DNA of 64,000 nt, taken from NCBI GenBank assembly GCA_964353775.1, contig CAYGWB010000002.1, forward strand, positions 69,185-133,184, given 5' to 3'. This stretch comes from an uncultured archaeon. Lineage in GTDB: Archaea > Aenigmatarchaeota > Aenigmatarchaeia > Aenigmatarchaeales > JAHLMS01. The position numbers and the translations under genes were made by a program. Below are positions 9,576-18,953 of this stretch, piece by piece (the stretch's first letter is position 1; each line of letters begins with the position of its first letter). Under the pieces are notes generated by a model. The model made no database searches, was not told the origin of the DNA, and was given only the letters and a program-made list of their open reading frames with translations.

Positions 9576-10030
9576 CACGTGAACATTCACATTGCCTTCA
9601 CTTAGGCGATTTATATTCACGTGAACAAGTATTTAAGTATAAGTGAACTTCACGTGAACATAATGTGAAGATGAACATATATTTTCTAGGATATAAGTGA
9701 AGATTTCGTGAACCAAACGTGATTGTGAGAGTTCGCTTGGGAGTTTGGGCCGGTTTCGAGGGCAAATGTTAGGATCCGGCCGTTGACTGGAAATGAACGA
9801 AAAACTGCGCGTGAACAAAACGTGAAGTTCATTTCATGTTCACACGTTCACGCTATCTTCACGCTATCTTCACGTGAACATGCGTGAAGTTCACGTGAAC
9901 ATAGTTTCAATTGTTAATACAAAGTGAGGTAGAAGTGCGATGTTCACGTAATATTCACGTGAATATGGCGTGAACATCACGTGAAGATGTGAAGGCCGCG
10001 TGAACGATTCGTGAAGGTCTACGTGAATAC
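9576..10030. repeat. Dense array of about 25 CGTGAA(C/G)AT half-sites, including 5 or more perfect TTCACGTGAA palindromes
   Basis: Perfect palindromes counted at 9616-9625, 9649-9658, 9869-9878, 9888-9897 and 9954-9963. Many further CGTGAAC/CGTGAAG/GTGAAGAT units occur in both orientations with irregular spacing. No ORF of 60 aa or more looks protein-like here. Confidence 0.85.
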
Positions 10031-10070
10031 TTTGACCTTATTTGTCTCTCTCAAAATACTAAAACGATGA

Positions 10071-10087
10071 ATATAACACTGTTATAT
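10071..10087. repeat. 17-bp palindrome ATATAACA-C-TGTTATAT (copy 1 of the TATAACA-N-TGTTATA family)
   Basis: Perfect dyad, about 40 bp upstream of the ligT start and just right of the CGTGAA array. Confidence 0.7.
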
Positions 10088-10125
10088 TCCTTAAACTTTA
10101 AATAAAACCTAAGCCAAGAATCTAC

Positions 10126-10674
10126 ATGCGCACGTTCATTGCTGTCGAGGTCTCCGAAGCCTTGAAGCCCAAAATTCTGGCGATTCAGAAGAAAATCGAG
10201 GCTAGCGGAGCGGACATAAAGCTCGTCGAGCCTGAGAACATCCATTACAACCTCAAATTCATAGGCGAAATAGATGATCGGACAGTAGAAAAGACAAAAA
10301 AGGCACTCTCCGAAATATCCTTTCCTGCATTTGACGTCCATATAGCCGGCTTAGGAGCTTTCCCTAGCAAAACCTATATCCGCGTGGTCTGGCTAGGCTG
10401 TCGCCAAGGGACACAGGAACTGACTGCCCTGGCTTCCAGCGTAGAGGAGGCGCTTGCCGGGATAGTCCCGAAGGACGAAAGGCCTTTCACACCTCACCTA
10501 ACGCTCGGTCGTGTAAGCGGAGTAAAAGACAAAGAAGCACTGTCAAAGCTCATGCACGATCTTGAGAACGCTGACATTGGTAAATTCCGCGTTGACAAGC
10601 TCGTATTATTCCAGTCGCAGCTGTCTCCAAAAGGACCTGCGTACATGCCGATACTGACGGTCAACTTGAAGTAG
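10126..10674 (+). CDS. thpR: RNA 2',3'-cyclic phosphodiesterase / 2'-5' RNA ligase (LigT/ThpR, 2H family)
   Basis: Two H-x-(T/N)-x motifs (HYNLKF and HLTLGRV); 182 aa. Confidence 0.75.
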   Translation: MRTFIAVEVSEALKPKILAIQKKIEASGADIKLVEPENIHYNLKFIGEIDDRTVEKTKKALSEISFPAFDVHIAGLGAFPSKTYIRVVWLGCRQGTQELTALASSVEEALAGIVPKDERPFTPHLTLGRVSGVKDKEALSKLMHDLENADIGKFRVDKLVLFQSQLSPKGPAYMPILTVNLK

Positions 10675-11149
10675 AGCGTATTTTGCGTTTAACCTTTTCT
10701 TCCTTTAGGTCCATTAGCCATATTTCATCGGCTTTTTGCATAATACGCCCGATTTTAAGCGATTTATCATATTCTGCACAAATAATTATTCTTCCAAGCG
10801 ATTTTACGGCCTCAATATTCTTGTATATATGCTTCGATGAACTATTCCAACCATCATGATAGTGGCATTCTACAAAGATTGGCCGGCGCTTCCTAATAAC
10901 AATCACGTCTGGCCTGAATTTATGATGTTTGATCCTCTTCTCGATAAGAATCTGTTCTTTTTTGAAGCCCAATCTGTTGAATTCTTTTGCGGCTATCTCT
11001 TTCATCTTCTTGTGTCCGAAGGCCTCATTTTTTATTGTAAACGGTTTGAGAAGCGCCTGATCAGGAGCAAGACCTAATCTTTCATTCTTGATTCTATATA
11101 CCTCTTTTATCGCTTTAATCATCTGATTAAGCGTTTCGTCGTTATTCAT
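10661..11149 (-). CDS. hypothetical protein with a PD-(D/E)xK / Hjc-like nuclease-fold signature (possibly non-canonical)
   Basis: The layout LGF...RPDVIVIR...IFVECHYH resembles the Hjc/restriction-endonuclease core, but the lysine of E-x-K is replaced. The gene is markedly lower in GC than its surroundings. Confidence 0.45.
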   Translation of the reverse strand: MNNDETLNQMIKAIKEVYRIKNERLGLAPDQALLKPFTIKNEAFGHKKMKEIAAKEFNRLGFKKEQILIEKRIKHHKFRPDVIVIRKRRPIFVECHYHDGWNSSSKHIYKNIEAVKSLGRIIICAEYDKSLKIGRIMQKADEIWLMDLKEEKVKRKIRSTSS

Positions 11150-11487
11150 TTGTCCACCTCACGTGGGCTGAAAGCTGTCTGGATAGGCGTTTCCTTGACG
11201 TTTTTAATCAATTCCATGGCTTTCAGAAAACCGCTGAGCTTGATTCCTGGTTTTAGCTTTACCAAGCGTAGTCTGATGGACGGGTCGATATGCGTTTCCT
11301 CTATTGCTGCCGCCAAGTATTTGTCCAGATACCAGCGGACAGTTGCTTCATGAATACCGGTCTGGCGGGCTATGAAAGCTACATGGACCCAGTCATTTCT
11401 TGTAGCAAGAACTGCCCAAATTTTAGTTATTTTTGCGTGGTCCGGGCCTTTGAATGTTGTTCTATCCCGTTTTATTGCATTTTTCAT
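11146..11487 (-). CDS. winged-helix DNA-binding protein
   Basis: 113 aa. Overlaps the downstream nuclease-like gene by 4 bp (ATGA), so the two are probably co-transcribed. Low GC. Confidence 0.5.
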   Translation of the reverse strand: MKNAIKRDRTTFKGPDHAKITKIWAVLATRNDWVHVAFIARQTGIHEATVRWYLDKYLAAAIEETHIDPSIRLRLVKLKPGIKLSGFLKAMELIKNVKETPIQTAFSPREVDK

Positions 11488-11613
11488 TAGTCTATTACTA
11501 AGCTAGTAGTATTTATATCTTAATGTCATAGATGCTCTTTTTAGTCGCTTATAATCCAAAACAAGCAGTTTTGCAGGCTTTCAATATTTATCACACTCAC
11601 GTTGTGCGTGACT

Positions 11614-11628
11614 ATAACAGTGTTATAT
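11614..11628. repeat. 15-bp palindrome TATAACA-G-TGTTATA (copy 2)
   Basis: Perfect dyad. Immediately preceded by a TCACG-N5-CGTGA inverted repeat at 11597-11611. Confidence 0.7.
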
Positions 11629-12428
11629 CAGTGGCCGACGCTCGCGTAGTTCTTCATCCCGTATTTCCAAGAAGCGTAAGCTATGGCCAAAAGCACTACG
11701 CCGACAATCGGCGTCGCATAGGCGTAAGGCATCCACTGAGTGTTCTGGAAAAAGAACTGTGACGGGTAGAAACTGACAAATCCTATCGGCAATATGTATG
11801 TCAGTATCCAGATCATTGTCATGCTGTAGATATCTATGGGATATTCCGCGAAGCGTATCGCGCTCCAGAATAGTTCCATTAGAGAACGCACTGTCGTCAC
11901 CCAGAAGGCCATCGAACTGATGAAAAGCGTTATGGAAAAAATCACTAGCACGGAACCGGACATAAGAGCTACCAGTGCTAGTAACAGCTGCGGCGTCCAC
12001 ACGATACCGAGCTTGGCGGAAGAATAAATCAACAGCATGATGCCGGCGGCTATATCCCCAAACCCGTCATCGTCTATGTTCCGCATCATTACCAGCGCGA
12101 GCGTGTTCAACGGACGGAGCATGTACCTGTCCAGATCGCCCCTTCGGATAAGACGGTCCATCGAATTGGGCGAACAGCCCGTAAGAAAAACGTGCCATAT
12201 CCCTCCGGCCAGCGCGACAAATCCGAACATGAAAAGCAGCTGGTTGAAGCTCCAGCCGTTCAGCGAAGGTATGTGCTGGAACACAGCCCAGAAGAAAACT
12301 ATGGTTGTCACATTCGTCAGAAAAATGGCGACTATGCCTATTATGAAATCGAACCTTCCCTCGGCCCAGGTCTGGATGTTGAGCTTTATGAACTGAAGAT
12401 AGTTCCTTAGATAGAATCTCAGACGCAT
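11628..12428 (-). CDS. ABC-2 family transporter permease
   Basis: 266 aa, about 6 transmembrane helices, in an operon with a second permease and an ATPase. Confidence 0.75.
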   Translation of the reverse strand: MRLRFYLRNYLQFIKLNIQTWAEGRFDFIIGIVAIFLTNVTTIVFFWAVFQHIPSLNGWSFNQLLFMFGFVALAGGIWHVFLTGCSPNSMDRLIRRGDLDRYMLRPLNTLALVMMRNIDDDGFGDIAAGIMLLIYSSAKLGIVWTPQLLLALVALMSGSVLVIFSITLFISSMAFWVTTVRSLMELFWSAIRFAEYPIDIYSMTMIWILTYILPIGFVSFYPSQFFFQNTQWMPYAYATPIVGVVLLAIAYASWKYGMKNYASVGH

Positions 12429-13220
12429 TCAACCACCCTGAACCACTACCCTCTTTATCGATTTTTGCCACAAAACGTAAGCGATCACGAACATCGCCCC
12501 TATCCAGAAGAACTGTATAAGTATTCCGGACCACATCGCGGCTCCAGTGATCGTTCCGGTGTAAATCAGCAGGGGTGTGGAGAATATCGCCTGGAAGGGA
12601 AGCATGTTCAGTATGTTCTGCGACCACAGCGGAAAGAAGGCGATCGGAACGATCGCGCCCGATGCCAGTTCGGCTATTATAATCCTGGAGAGCCGCATGC
12701 CCCAGATGTAACCGGCTGTCCAGAAGGCCCACATGGCCGTGATGAAGACCATCAGATAGTTGATCACGTAGCCGAGCAGCAGGCTGAAGAAGAACACTGC
12801 TGATGCCGGACCGGCTATGCTCATGAAAATGAATGCGAAAAGAACGACGGGCGCTTTCGTAACAAGCCAGCTAAGGACGTCGCCTGTATCCCTGGCGAAG
12901 CAGAGGAGCGGATAGCTGAGCGGCTTTATCAGCGCACTGGCTATCGAGCCCGTCTTGACCTCTTCCTCGACCCAATACTCGGTGTTCGGGTTGATGAAGG
13001 AACGCATGATGACCGAGATCGCGGTATATGTGATCATCATCGTGAACGTGAAGCCGCCTATTGCCGGTTCGGGCGACGATTTGTAGACTGCAGCCCAGAT
13101 GAACCAGAGAACGGCCAGCTGGATGAAAGGATTCACGACCCCGACCAGGAAATCGAGGCGATAGGTGAGCTGCTCCTTAAGACGGACCATGGCTATGGCT
13201 GCATAAGGGCCGATCCTCAT
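12429..13220 (-). CDS. ABC-2 family transporter permease
   Basis: 263 aa, hydrophobic. Its start overlaps the stop of the ATPase gene. Confidence 0.75.
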   Translation of the reverse strand: MRIGPYAAIAMVRLKEQLTYRLDFLVGVVNPFIQLAVLWFIWAAVYKSSPEPAIGGFTFTMMITYTAISVIMRSFINPNTEYWVEEEVKTGSIASALIKPLSYPLLCFARDTGDVLSWLVTKAPVVLFAFIFMSIAGPASAVFFFSLLLGYVINYLMVFITAMWAFWTAGYIWGMRLSRIIIAELASGAIVPIAFFPLWSQNILNMLPFQAIFSTPLLIYTGTITGAAMWSGILIQFFWIGAMFVIAYVLWQKSIKRVVVQGG

Positions 13221-14209
13221 CAGACACCCTCTCTGTAGATCTTCCTTATGGTCTCCTCTATCGAAGGTTCTTCGGTCGCGATGTCATCGACCTTGTACTT
13301 GCCCAGGACGTGCCTTATCACGTCGGCCACGCTGGTCTTCTTGATATTTATGTTGATAACGGCACGGTCGCCTTCCCTGCTCACGATCTTGGCTCCGCTA
13401 GGCAGGGATATTCGCCCGGGCGATGGCTCCTTGAAATCGACTACCAGGGCGCGCTGCGTTGCCACACGCTGCCTGAACTTGGACGTAAGTCCGTCGTAGA
13501 TTATGCCGCCCTTGTCGATTATGATCGTGCGCGGACAGAGCTCCTCGATGTCGCCCATGTCGTGCGTCGTGAGGATGATTGTCATTCCCTTCTTGTTCTG
13601 CTCCTTCAGGAACTCGCGGATGCGGAACTTCGCCTCGACGTCCAGGCCGATGGTCGGCTCGTCAAGGAATACTATCTTCGGGTTGTGCAGCAACGAGGCC
13701 GCCAGGTCGCAGCGCATGCGCTCGCCTAGCGAGAGCTTCCGAACAGGCTGGTCCAGGTACTTGCCCAGGTCCAGGACTTCCGAAAAGCGTCGCATGTTCT
13801 CGTTGTATGTCTTAAGCGGAACGGAGTAGATGTGCCTGAGCAGGTCGAAGGTGTCCTTCACTGGCAGGTCCCACCAGAGCTGCGTGCGCTGGCCGAAGAC
13901 CACGCCGACGTTCTGCGCGTACTCCTGCCTGCTCTCGTACGGAACGACGCCCATGGCCGTTACCTTGCCTGAAGACGGCGTCAATATCCCGGTCATTATC
14001 TTTATCATCGTCGATTTACCAGCGCCGTTCGGTCCGATCATCCCGACGAACTCGCCTTCCTTGATCTCGAAGGAGACGCCGTTCAAGGCGCGGATCACCT
14101 TATACTTGCGGCTGAGGAGAGTCGCCAGGCTAGCCTTGAGCCCGGCCTTCTTCTTCAGCGTCCGGAACTCCTTTTTCACGTTTTTTACTTCGATTATGTT
14201 TTCGGGCAT
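13220..14209 (-). CDS. ABC transporter ATP-binding protein
   Basis: Walker A GPNGAGKST, signature LSLGERMR, Walker B IVFLDEPT. Confidence 0.9.
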   Translation of the reverse strand: MPENIIEVKNVKKEFRTLKKKAGLKASLATLLSRKYKVIRALNGVSFEIKEGEFVGMIGPNGAGKSTMIKIMTGILTPSSGKVTAMGVVPYESRQEYAQNVGVVFGQRTQLWWDLPVKDTFDLLRHIYSVPLKTYNENMRRFSEVLDLGKYLDQPVRKLSLGERMRCDLAASLLHNPKIVFLDEPTIGLDVEAKFRIREFLKEQNKKGMTIILTTHDMGDIEELCPRTIIIDKGGIIYDGLTSKFRQRVATQRALVVDFKEPSPGRISLPSGAKIVSREGDRAVININIKKTSVADVIRHVLGKYKVDDIATEEPSIEETIRKIYREGV

Positions 14210-14472
14210 TCACTCGCCTCTTTTAGTTCATTTTTCGTGGGTCTGATTTATAAGGTTGCCAGACCAAATTTTTTTATGGCGCTCGTCTGCTGCCACTGTA
14301 AGAGCACAAACCTCAGATTCGTACGCTCGTTCTCCGACATCGAAAACGGCGATATGTCGGCGCTATGTCTTGATTGTGGTGCAGAATTCTAGGGTCTAGC
14401 CAAATCTCCTATGCAAACATGGGTTTACTCATACTAGACACCGATAGAAATGGGTTTTCAAGGTATTTATTT

Positions 14473-15786
14473 CTACGTTTTGTAGCGATTGAAGAAGTCT
14501 GACAAAAGACCGATCCTCTCGTCAACCTTGTTCCAGCGTTCGATGAGCTTTCCTGTCTTCTTATGCAGCTCATTGTACTTGTCTATCGTACTTTTGTCTT
14601 TCTCAAATGTTTCGAGCGCTGTCATGAACTCTGATACGCCCGGACCGTCGAGCTTGAGGCCGGCGTGCTTCAGTCCTGAAGCGAGAATGAACTCGTTTCC
14701 TTTCGCGTAATTAACCATGCAGTCGCGGAAGTATCTTATGTTTTCCTGCGTTATCTCGCGCATCATCTGCATAATTTTCAGGTGTGCCCTTGCGTTCTTG
14801 TCGCCGTTCAGATGATCGTAGATGCTCGATATCTGATCGAGCGGCCTGTACTTTTCGCTCCTTAGCTCGTCATCGATTTCAACGGTCTGTTTTTCGACAT
14901 CCCTTTTCTCTTTTTCAGCCCGTTCCAGCTGATTCCTGTTCCTAGCGGTGAGATGATTGAGGACCACGATGGTGTCGCGGGCCGCTGCTGGCAGCATGTT
15001 CTGATAATTCAGCTTCAATTTAGATGTCATCTCGTCCTTGGCCTGACGTTCGTGCAGCGCATTGACGCCCTTTATTTGTTTAGAAACTTCCGCGCATTCC
15101 GCTTCAAGCATTTTGTATTCCGCCTCGACCGTGCCGTAATGTTTCGGGAATTTCGACACTTTATTTGCGATGTCGTTATACGTTTCGTATTTTTCTTTTG
15201 CGCTTCTGAAAAGCGATTCCACATACTCTTTCTCTTCGTCGGGTATGACGTCCGCCATCTTCGAACGCATGCTCTCCATCACAGAACCGGTGAAATCACC
15301 AAAATTTACGGCTGCTACGGCGGCGCTGTTCTCGATGGCTCTCACCTGGTTTCGGCCGAAGCCTTTCATGGCCTTGCCCGGTGCTTTTGCGATGCCCTTT
15401 CTGGTCCTGCGGCTCCAGTAAAGTATCTCTTTTAAAATTCTCACCGATTCCTGTTTGCTTGATACCATGCCGCGCGGGTTCCCTGATGCCATAAAGACCC
15501 TTGCGCCGACTTCCGTGTAACTCTTGTGGACTAACCCTTCGAAGTCAACATTGTTCTTGTTTGCGACACCATTGAATTTCTCATACGCTGACCGATAGAA
15601 ATTGATCATATCATGGTAAACGGCGGACTGGCGTTCCATATATTCGTCGTTGACAGCCTTCAGGACAACCATAGTCTTGCGTTTTTGTTCCTTCTTTCCA
15701 TTGAGCTCCGAGAGCATATTCTCAAGCTGTGCGATTTCAGGCGTTCCATTGGCCTGAATTTCAGGATGTTCTGCGTCGGAAGACAT
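14473..15786 (-). CDS. coiled-coil-rich hypothetical protein (437 aa)
   Basis: Very K/E/R-rich with long predicted helices and no recognisable catalytic motif. It sits upstream of, and on the same strand as, the ABC-2 exporter. Confidence 0.55.
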   Translation of the reverse strand: MSSDAEHPEIQANGTPEIAQLENMLSELNGKKEQKRKTMVVLKAVNDEYMERQSAVYHDMINFYRSAYEKFNGVANKNNVDFEGLVHKSYTEVGARVFMASGNPRGMVSSKQESVRILKEILYWSRRTRKGIAKAPGKAMKGFGRNQVRAIENSAAVAAVNFGDFTGSVMESMRSKMADVIPDEEKEYVESLFRSAKEKYETYNDIANKVSKFPKHYGTVEAEYKMLEAECAEVSKQIKGVNALHERQAKDEMTSKLKLNYQNMLPAAARDTIVVLNHLTARNRNQLERAEKEKRDVEKQTVEIDDELRSEKYRPLDQISSIYDHLNGDKNARAHLKIMQMMREITQENIRYFRDCMVNYAKGNEFILASGLKHAGLKLDGPGVSEFMTALETFEKDKSTIDKYNELHKKTGKLIERWNKVDERIGLLSDFFNRYKT

Positions 15787-15811
15787 GAGTTCAGATTCGA
15801 AGCAAAAGGAT

Positions 15812-17518
15812 TTAAGCTCTTGCGATGACGGCCATGCCGCGCTTGAACTGCTTCATCTCTTCGGAGTTCAGCAGCGCTTGGCCGACAGAAATGACGTTCT
15901 TCTTGCTAGTGACGGCGACCTCTTCGCCCGGAAATATTTGGTCCTTGGTGCCCACGAACTTGACGAAAACGGAGCCGCCCTTCGCGACTATCTTTGCGAC
16001 ATCAGGGTCGGCTATCGCGACGTGTTTCATCTTATTTCCCAGCATCTTTGCGCCATCGACCGTCGGCAGGAAGAAACCGTCGGATGGTCGGATTGTTCCG
16101 AGCAAGGACTTGCGACCGGTTGTCCAGACGCGGCGGATCCTGCCCGTGCGTTTGGATATCTCCAGTTCGGCCTTTGCAAATTTCTTGGCCGAACCCTTGC
16201 CGAACTCGTAGTCCAATGTGGCAGCGAGTATGTCCTTCGTCTTCGCTTTGACCTTCGGCTCGGGCAGACCAGGAAGGATTGACTGACCGAAGGGATAGAC
16301 AGATTTCAGCCCGACTGGAATCTTTCCGAACGGCGGTTTTGTGAAATATTTTTTTGACTTTACGCGCTTCCTCCATTCGAGAGCTCGGAAAATCTCCGGC
16401 CTGTGGCCGCTCTCCTCGCCTGACCAGAGCAGAGCGGACTTCTTGCACACCCTGTCGAAGTTCGCCAGCCACTTTCCGTGGCGTGCGAGCGACCAGTGAA
16501 GCCCGGCCAGCAGGGCTGGGTGGCTGCGTGCGCGTTCCTGCACGAGTTCCCACAGCCACTGGCCGCGGATTGCCGTGCGAATCGTTCTCAACTCTTGGAA
16601 CGTAACATACAGATTATGTTTTGCTAAGAACTTGACGCGTTCAGGCTCTGCAAGCTTCTTTATCTCTGCTGGGTCCGCCTTCGAGCAGACCGGGCAGGAA
16701 CATGGGAACTCGACGAGGTCGAAAAGGTTGAGCGTACCGCTGGTTGTCAGGTAGCCGTCACGATAGGCGGCGAGCGAGTACATCGCGGAGTCGAACATGT
16801 CGCAGCCGAGAGCTGTCAGAAACGCGAACGCCATCGGGTGCCCAGCGCCGAAGGCGTGGACCGGCGTTGCGAACGGCAGGTTCTTCTTGCATGTGATTAT
16901 GATTTCCGCGAGCTCATCGAAGCGGTAAGCTTCCATCAGCGGAACTATGCCGCCGATGGCAAAGATGTCAGGCTTGATTTTGGCGATCTGCTTGCATGCG
17001 GTCGCGCGCTGGTCGAGATACATGCCACCCTGGATCGGGCCGACAAGACAGCGGTCCGGAACGGCCTTCCTGGCGGCTGCTGTCCTGCGGACGGTCTCGG
17101 CCAGTTTCTTCTTCGCGACCGAAGCCGGATCGTCCGGCAACGTGAACAGGTCGAGCGGCGTGATCACGTCCGAGCCGATCGCATGCTGGAACTTCACAAT
17201 TTCCTTCGGGTCGATGTCTGACACGCCCTGGCTGAACATCTGGAACGTCCCGGAGTCCGTGTAGATCGGCCCGGGCCAGTTCAGAAGCTTGTGCAGGCCC
17301 TGTTCGAGCGCCTTCTTCCTGAGCTCCTCATGCTTGTTGATGATGTAAGAATTGGTGATGATTATCTCGGCGCCGAACTCCTTGCGGAGCTCAGAAGGGG
17401 TAACGGGCATCTTGTTGGGGTTTATGACAATCGCGATGTTGGGCGTGCGGACGATATGTTTGCCGACCGACCATTTGCAGATACGCCCGCCTGCGTCGCG
17501 GTCGATAAGTTCGAGCAT
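15812..17518 (-). CDS. tgtA: archaeosine tRNA-guanine transglycosylase (TgtA) with C-terminal PUA domain
   Basis: Catalytic YTDSGTFQ and PLDLF motifs, zinc site CSCPVC...H, and a 568-aa length with a C-terminal PUA-like segment. Confidence 0.9.
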   Translation of the reverse strand: MLELIDRDAGGRICKWSVGKHIVRTPNIAIVINPNKMPVTPSELRKEFGAEIIITNSYIINKHEELRKKALEQGLHKLLNWPGPIYTDSGTFQMFSQGVSDIDPKEIVKFQHAIGSDVITPLDLFTLPDDPASVAKKKLAETVRRTAAARKAVPDRCLVGPIQGGMYLDQRATACKQIAKIKPDIFAIGGIVPLMEAYRFDELAEIIITCKKNLPFATPVHAFGAGHPMAFAFLTALGCDMFDSAMYSLAAYRDGYLTTSGTLNLFDLVEFPCSCPVCSKADPAEIKKLAEPERVKFLAKHNLYVTFQELRTIRTAIRGQWLWELVQERARSHPALLAGLHWSLARHGKWLANFDRVCKKSALLWSGEESGHRPEIFRALEWRKRVKSKKYFTKPPFGKIPVGLKSVYPFGQSILPGLPEPKVKAKTKDILAATLDYEFGKGSAKKFAKAELEISKRTGRIRRVWTTGRKSLLGTIRPSDGFFLPTVDGAKMLGNKMKHVAIADPDVAKIVAKGGSVFVKFVGTKDQIFPGEEVAVTSKKNVISVGQALLNSEEMKQFKRGMAVIARA

Positions 17519-17543
17519 AATCAGTATCTTGTTCGGCCGTATT

Positions 17544-18266
17544 TCAAACTATGCCATCTTTTGAATCGGCAAGAATTTTCTTCAGTTCCGATATCTCCTT
17601 GACCTTATAGTCGAACTTTTCCACAGGTTTAGGGTATTTGAAATTCGGATAGGTCAGCACCCAACAGACATCGATGCCGAGCTTCTTTGCATAGGCATCC
17701 TCGTCCAGCCTGTCGCCGACCATCAGGCACTCCGACGGTTTCAGCTTCATCTTTCGCATGGCGATCCTGAACGGCGTCAGGTCGGACTTCTTCGAGCCTA
17801 TGTCACCTGACACCAGAATCAGGTCGAAGTATTTGCATATGCCGAACTTCTTCATCTTGCGCGGCATGACGTTCGCCCAGCCGTTCGATATCAATACAAT
17901 CTTCATCCCTTTGCGTTTGATGTACGCGAGCACTTCCTTGGAATGCGGATAGAGCTTGACATTCTTCAGGTAAAATTTGATGTAGTCATCAAAGTCCTGC
18001 AGTGCCTGCTTCTTTGAAATTCTTATCCCGAGCCCGCGGCCGATCAACATCGGGCGCAGTTCCGGACGCCCTCTTGCTGACGCCCTGTAGTTGTCCATCA
18101 TCTTTTCCACCTTACGGACGACTACAAGGAAGTCCTTGTACGAACCTATGTACCCTCTGGAGCGCCACATCGGAAGGTTGAACTTGTGATGGATGTCCCT
18201 CTCGACCGGAGTGGTGTCGGCCAACGTACCGCCGAAGTCAAAGAACACCGCCTTGTATTTTTGCAT
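17544..18266 (-). CDS. HAD-superfamily hydrolase
   Basis: Motif I FFDFGGTL, then ISNG and a motif IV reading MVGDRLDEDAYAKKLGI. Start trimmed to the ATG giving MQKYKAV. Probably an operon with tgtA, with a 25-bp gap. Confidence 0.75.
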   Translation of the reverse strand: MQKYKAVFFDFGGTLADTTPVERDIHHKFNLPMWRSRGYIGSYKDFLVVVRKVEKMMDNYRASARGRPELRPMLIGRGLGIRISKKQALQDFDDYIKFYLKNVKLYPHSKEVLAYIKRKGMKIVLISNGWANVMPRKMKKFGICKYFDLILVSGDIGSKKSDLTPFRIAMRKMKLKPSECLMVGDRLDEDAYAKKLGIDVCWVLTYPNFKYPKPVEKFDYKVKEISELKKILADSKDGIV

Positions 18267-18302
18267 AATAGCTATTCGGTTCTGTGATTTAAGTTTAAAT
18301 AC

Positions 18303-18953
18303 TTGGCACTTCTCGTTCTTCTTATGCAAGAAGTCCGATATTTTGGTGACAATACAATCGAGTACGACGACGCAGGAATCAGGCATCCGGTGCTCGGAAA
18401 GCTGAGGCACAACGACAACTCCGTGAAGCGGATGGAACTGATATACGTCATGATGAACGCCCAGCGACTCCTCGAAGGCGAATTCCGGTATGTTGACATT
18501 GAAAAATGGAAGAGGAAGAGGCGGGTCACGGCCTGCGAGGATTCGATAGACAACAGACGTTTATTTCCCATTACCATGGTGCCTATGAAATGCAAACTGC
18601 TTGAAAGGGAGACGTGGGAGCACACGTATGATGCGAGGTTCGAGGTCGACTATCCTGGCGAACGGGTCTTCATGAAGGACGTTGACGTTGGCTACTACAA
18701 GCACGGTTACGCCCCGATCGAGAACAAAAGACTGCACACGTTCCTGAATGTGATAAGCCTAAATATTAGGGAGCTGCCAGACTATGAGTATGGAAAAAAC
18801 GATGCTGATGTCGAGCGGCAAGTGCGCGTGGGGGGAGTGCTTCGCGTGCGGATGGGGCAGGATGACGGGGCCGCCGCCGTCCATGCACAGGCTGAAAGAT
18901 ATCATAGACGAGAAGTTCCGAGAGCTCAGAAAGGAAAAGATTTCCAGGCTTAA
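18303..18953 (+). CDS. hypothetical ORF, possibly the N-terminal segment of the downstream radical SAM gene joined by a frameshift
   Basis: Protein-like through about 18800, then GC-rich nonsense. Overlaps the next ORF by 170 nt in another frame. An A6 run at 18794-18799 lies at the junction. Confidence 0.3.
   Translation: MALLVLLMQEVRYFGDNTIEYDDAGIRHPVLGKLRHNDNSVKRMELIYVMMNAQRLLEGEFRYVDIEKWKRKRRVTACEDSIDNRRLFPITMVPMKCKLLERETWEHTYDARFEVDYPGERVFMKDVDVGYYKHGYAPIENKRLHTFLNVISLNIRELPDYEYGKNDADVERQVRVGGVLRVRMGQDDGAAAVHAQAERYHRREVPRAQKGKDFQA

Noticed and set aside
9633-9818. 61-aa ORF inside the repeat array
   Set aside because: Translation of repeats; no coding signal.
9576-10030. Possible CRISPR array
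   Set aside because: The repeat unit is only 9-10 bp, spacing is irregular, units occur in both orientations, and there are no uniform spacers or cas genes.
12067-12732. 221-aa minus-strand ORF overlapping the ABC permease genes
   Set aside because: Off-frame artefact inside well-supported permease genes.
16032-16559. 175-aa minus-strand ORF inside tgtA, Arg-rich
   Set aside because: Off-frame artefact within tgtA.
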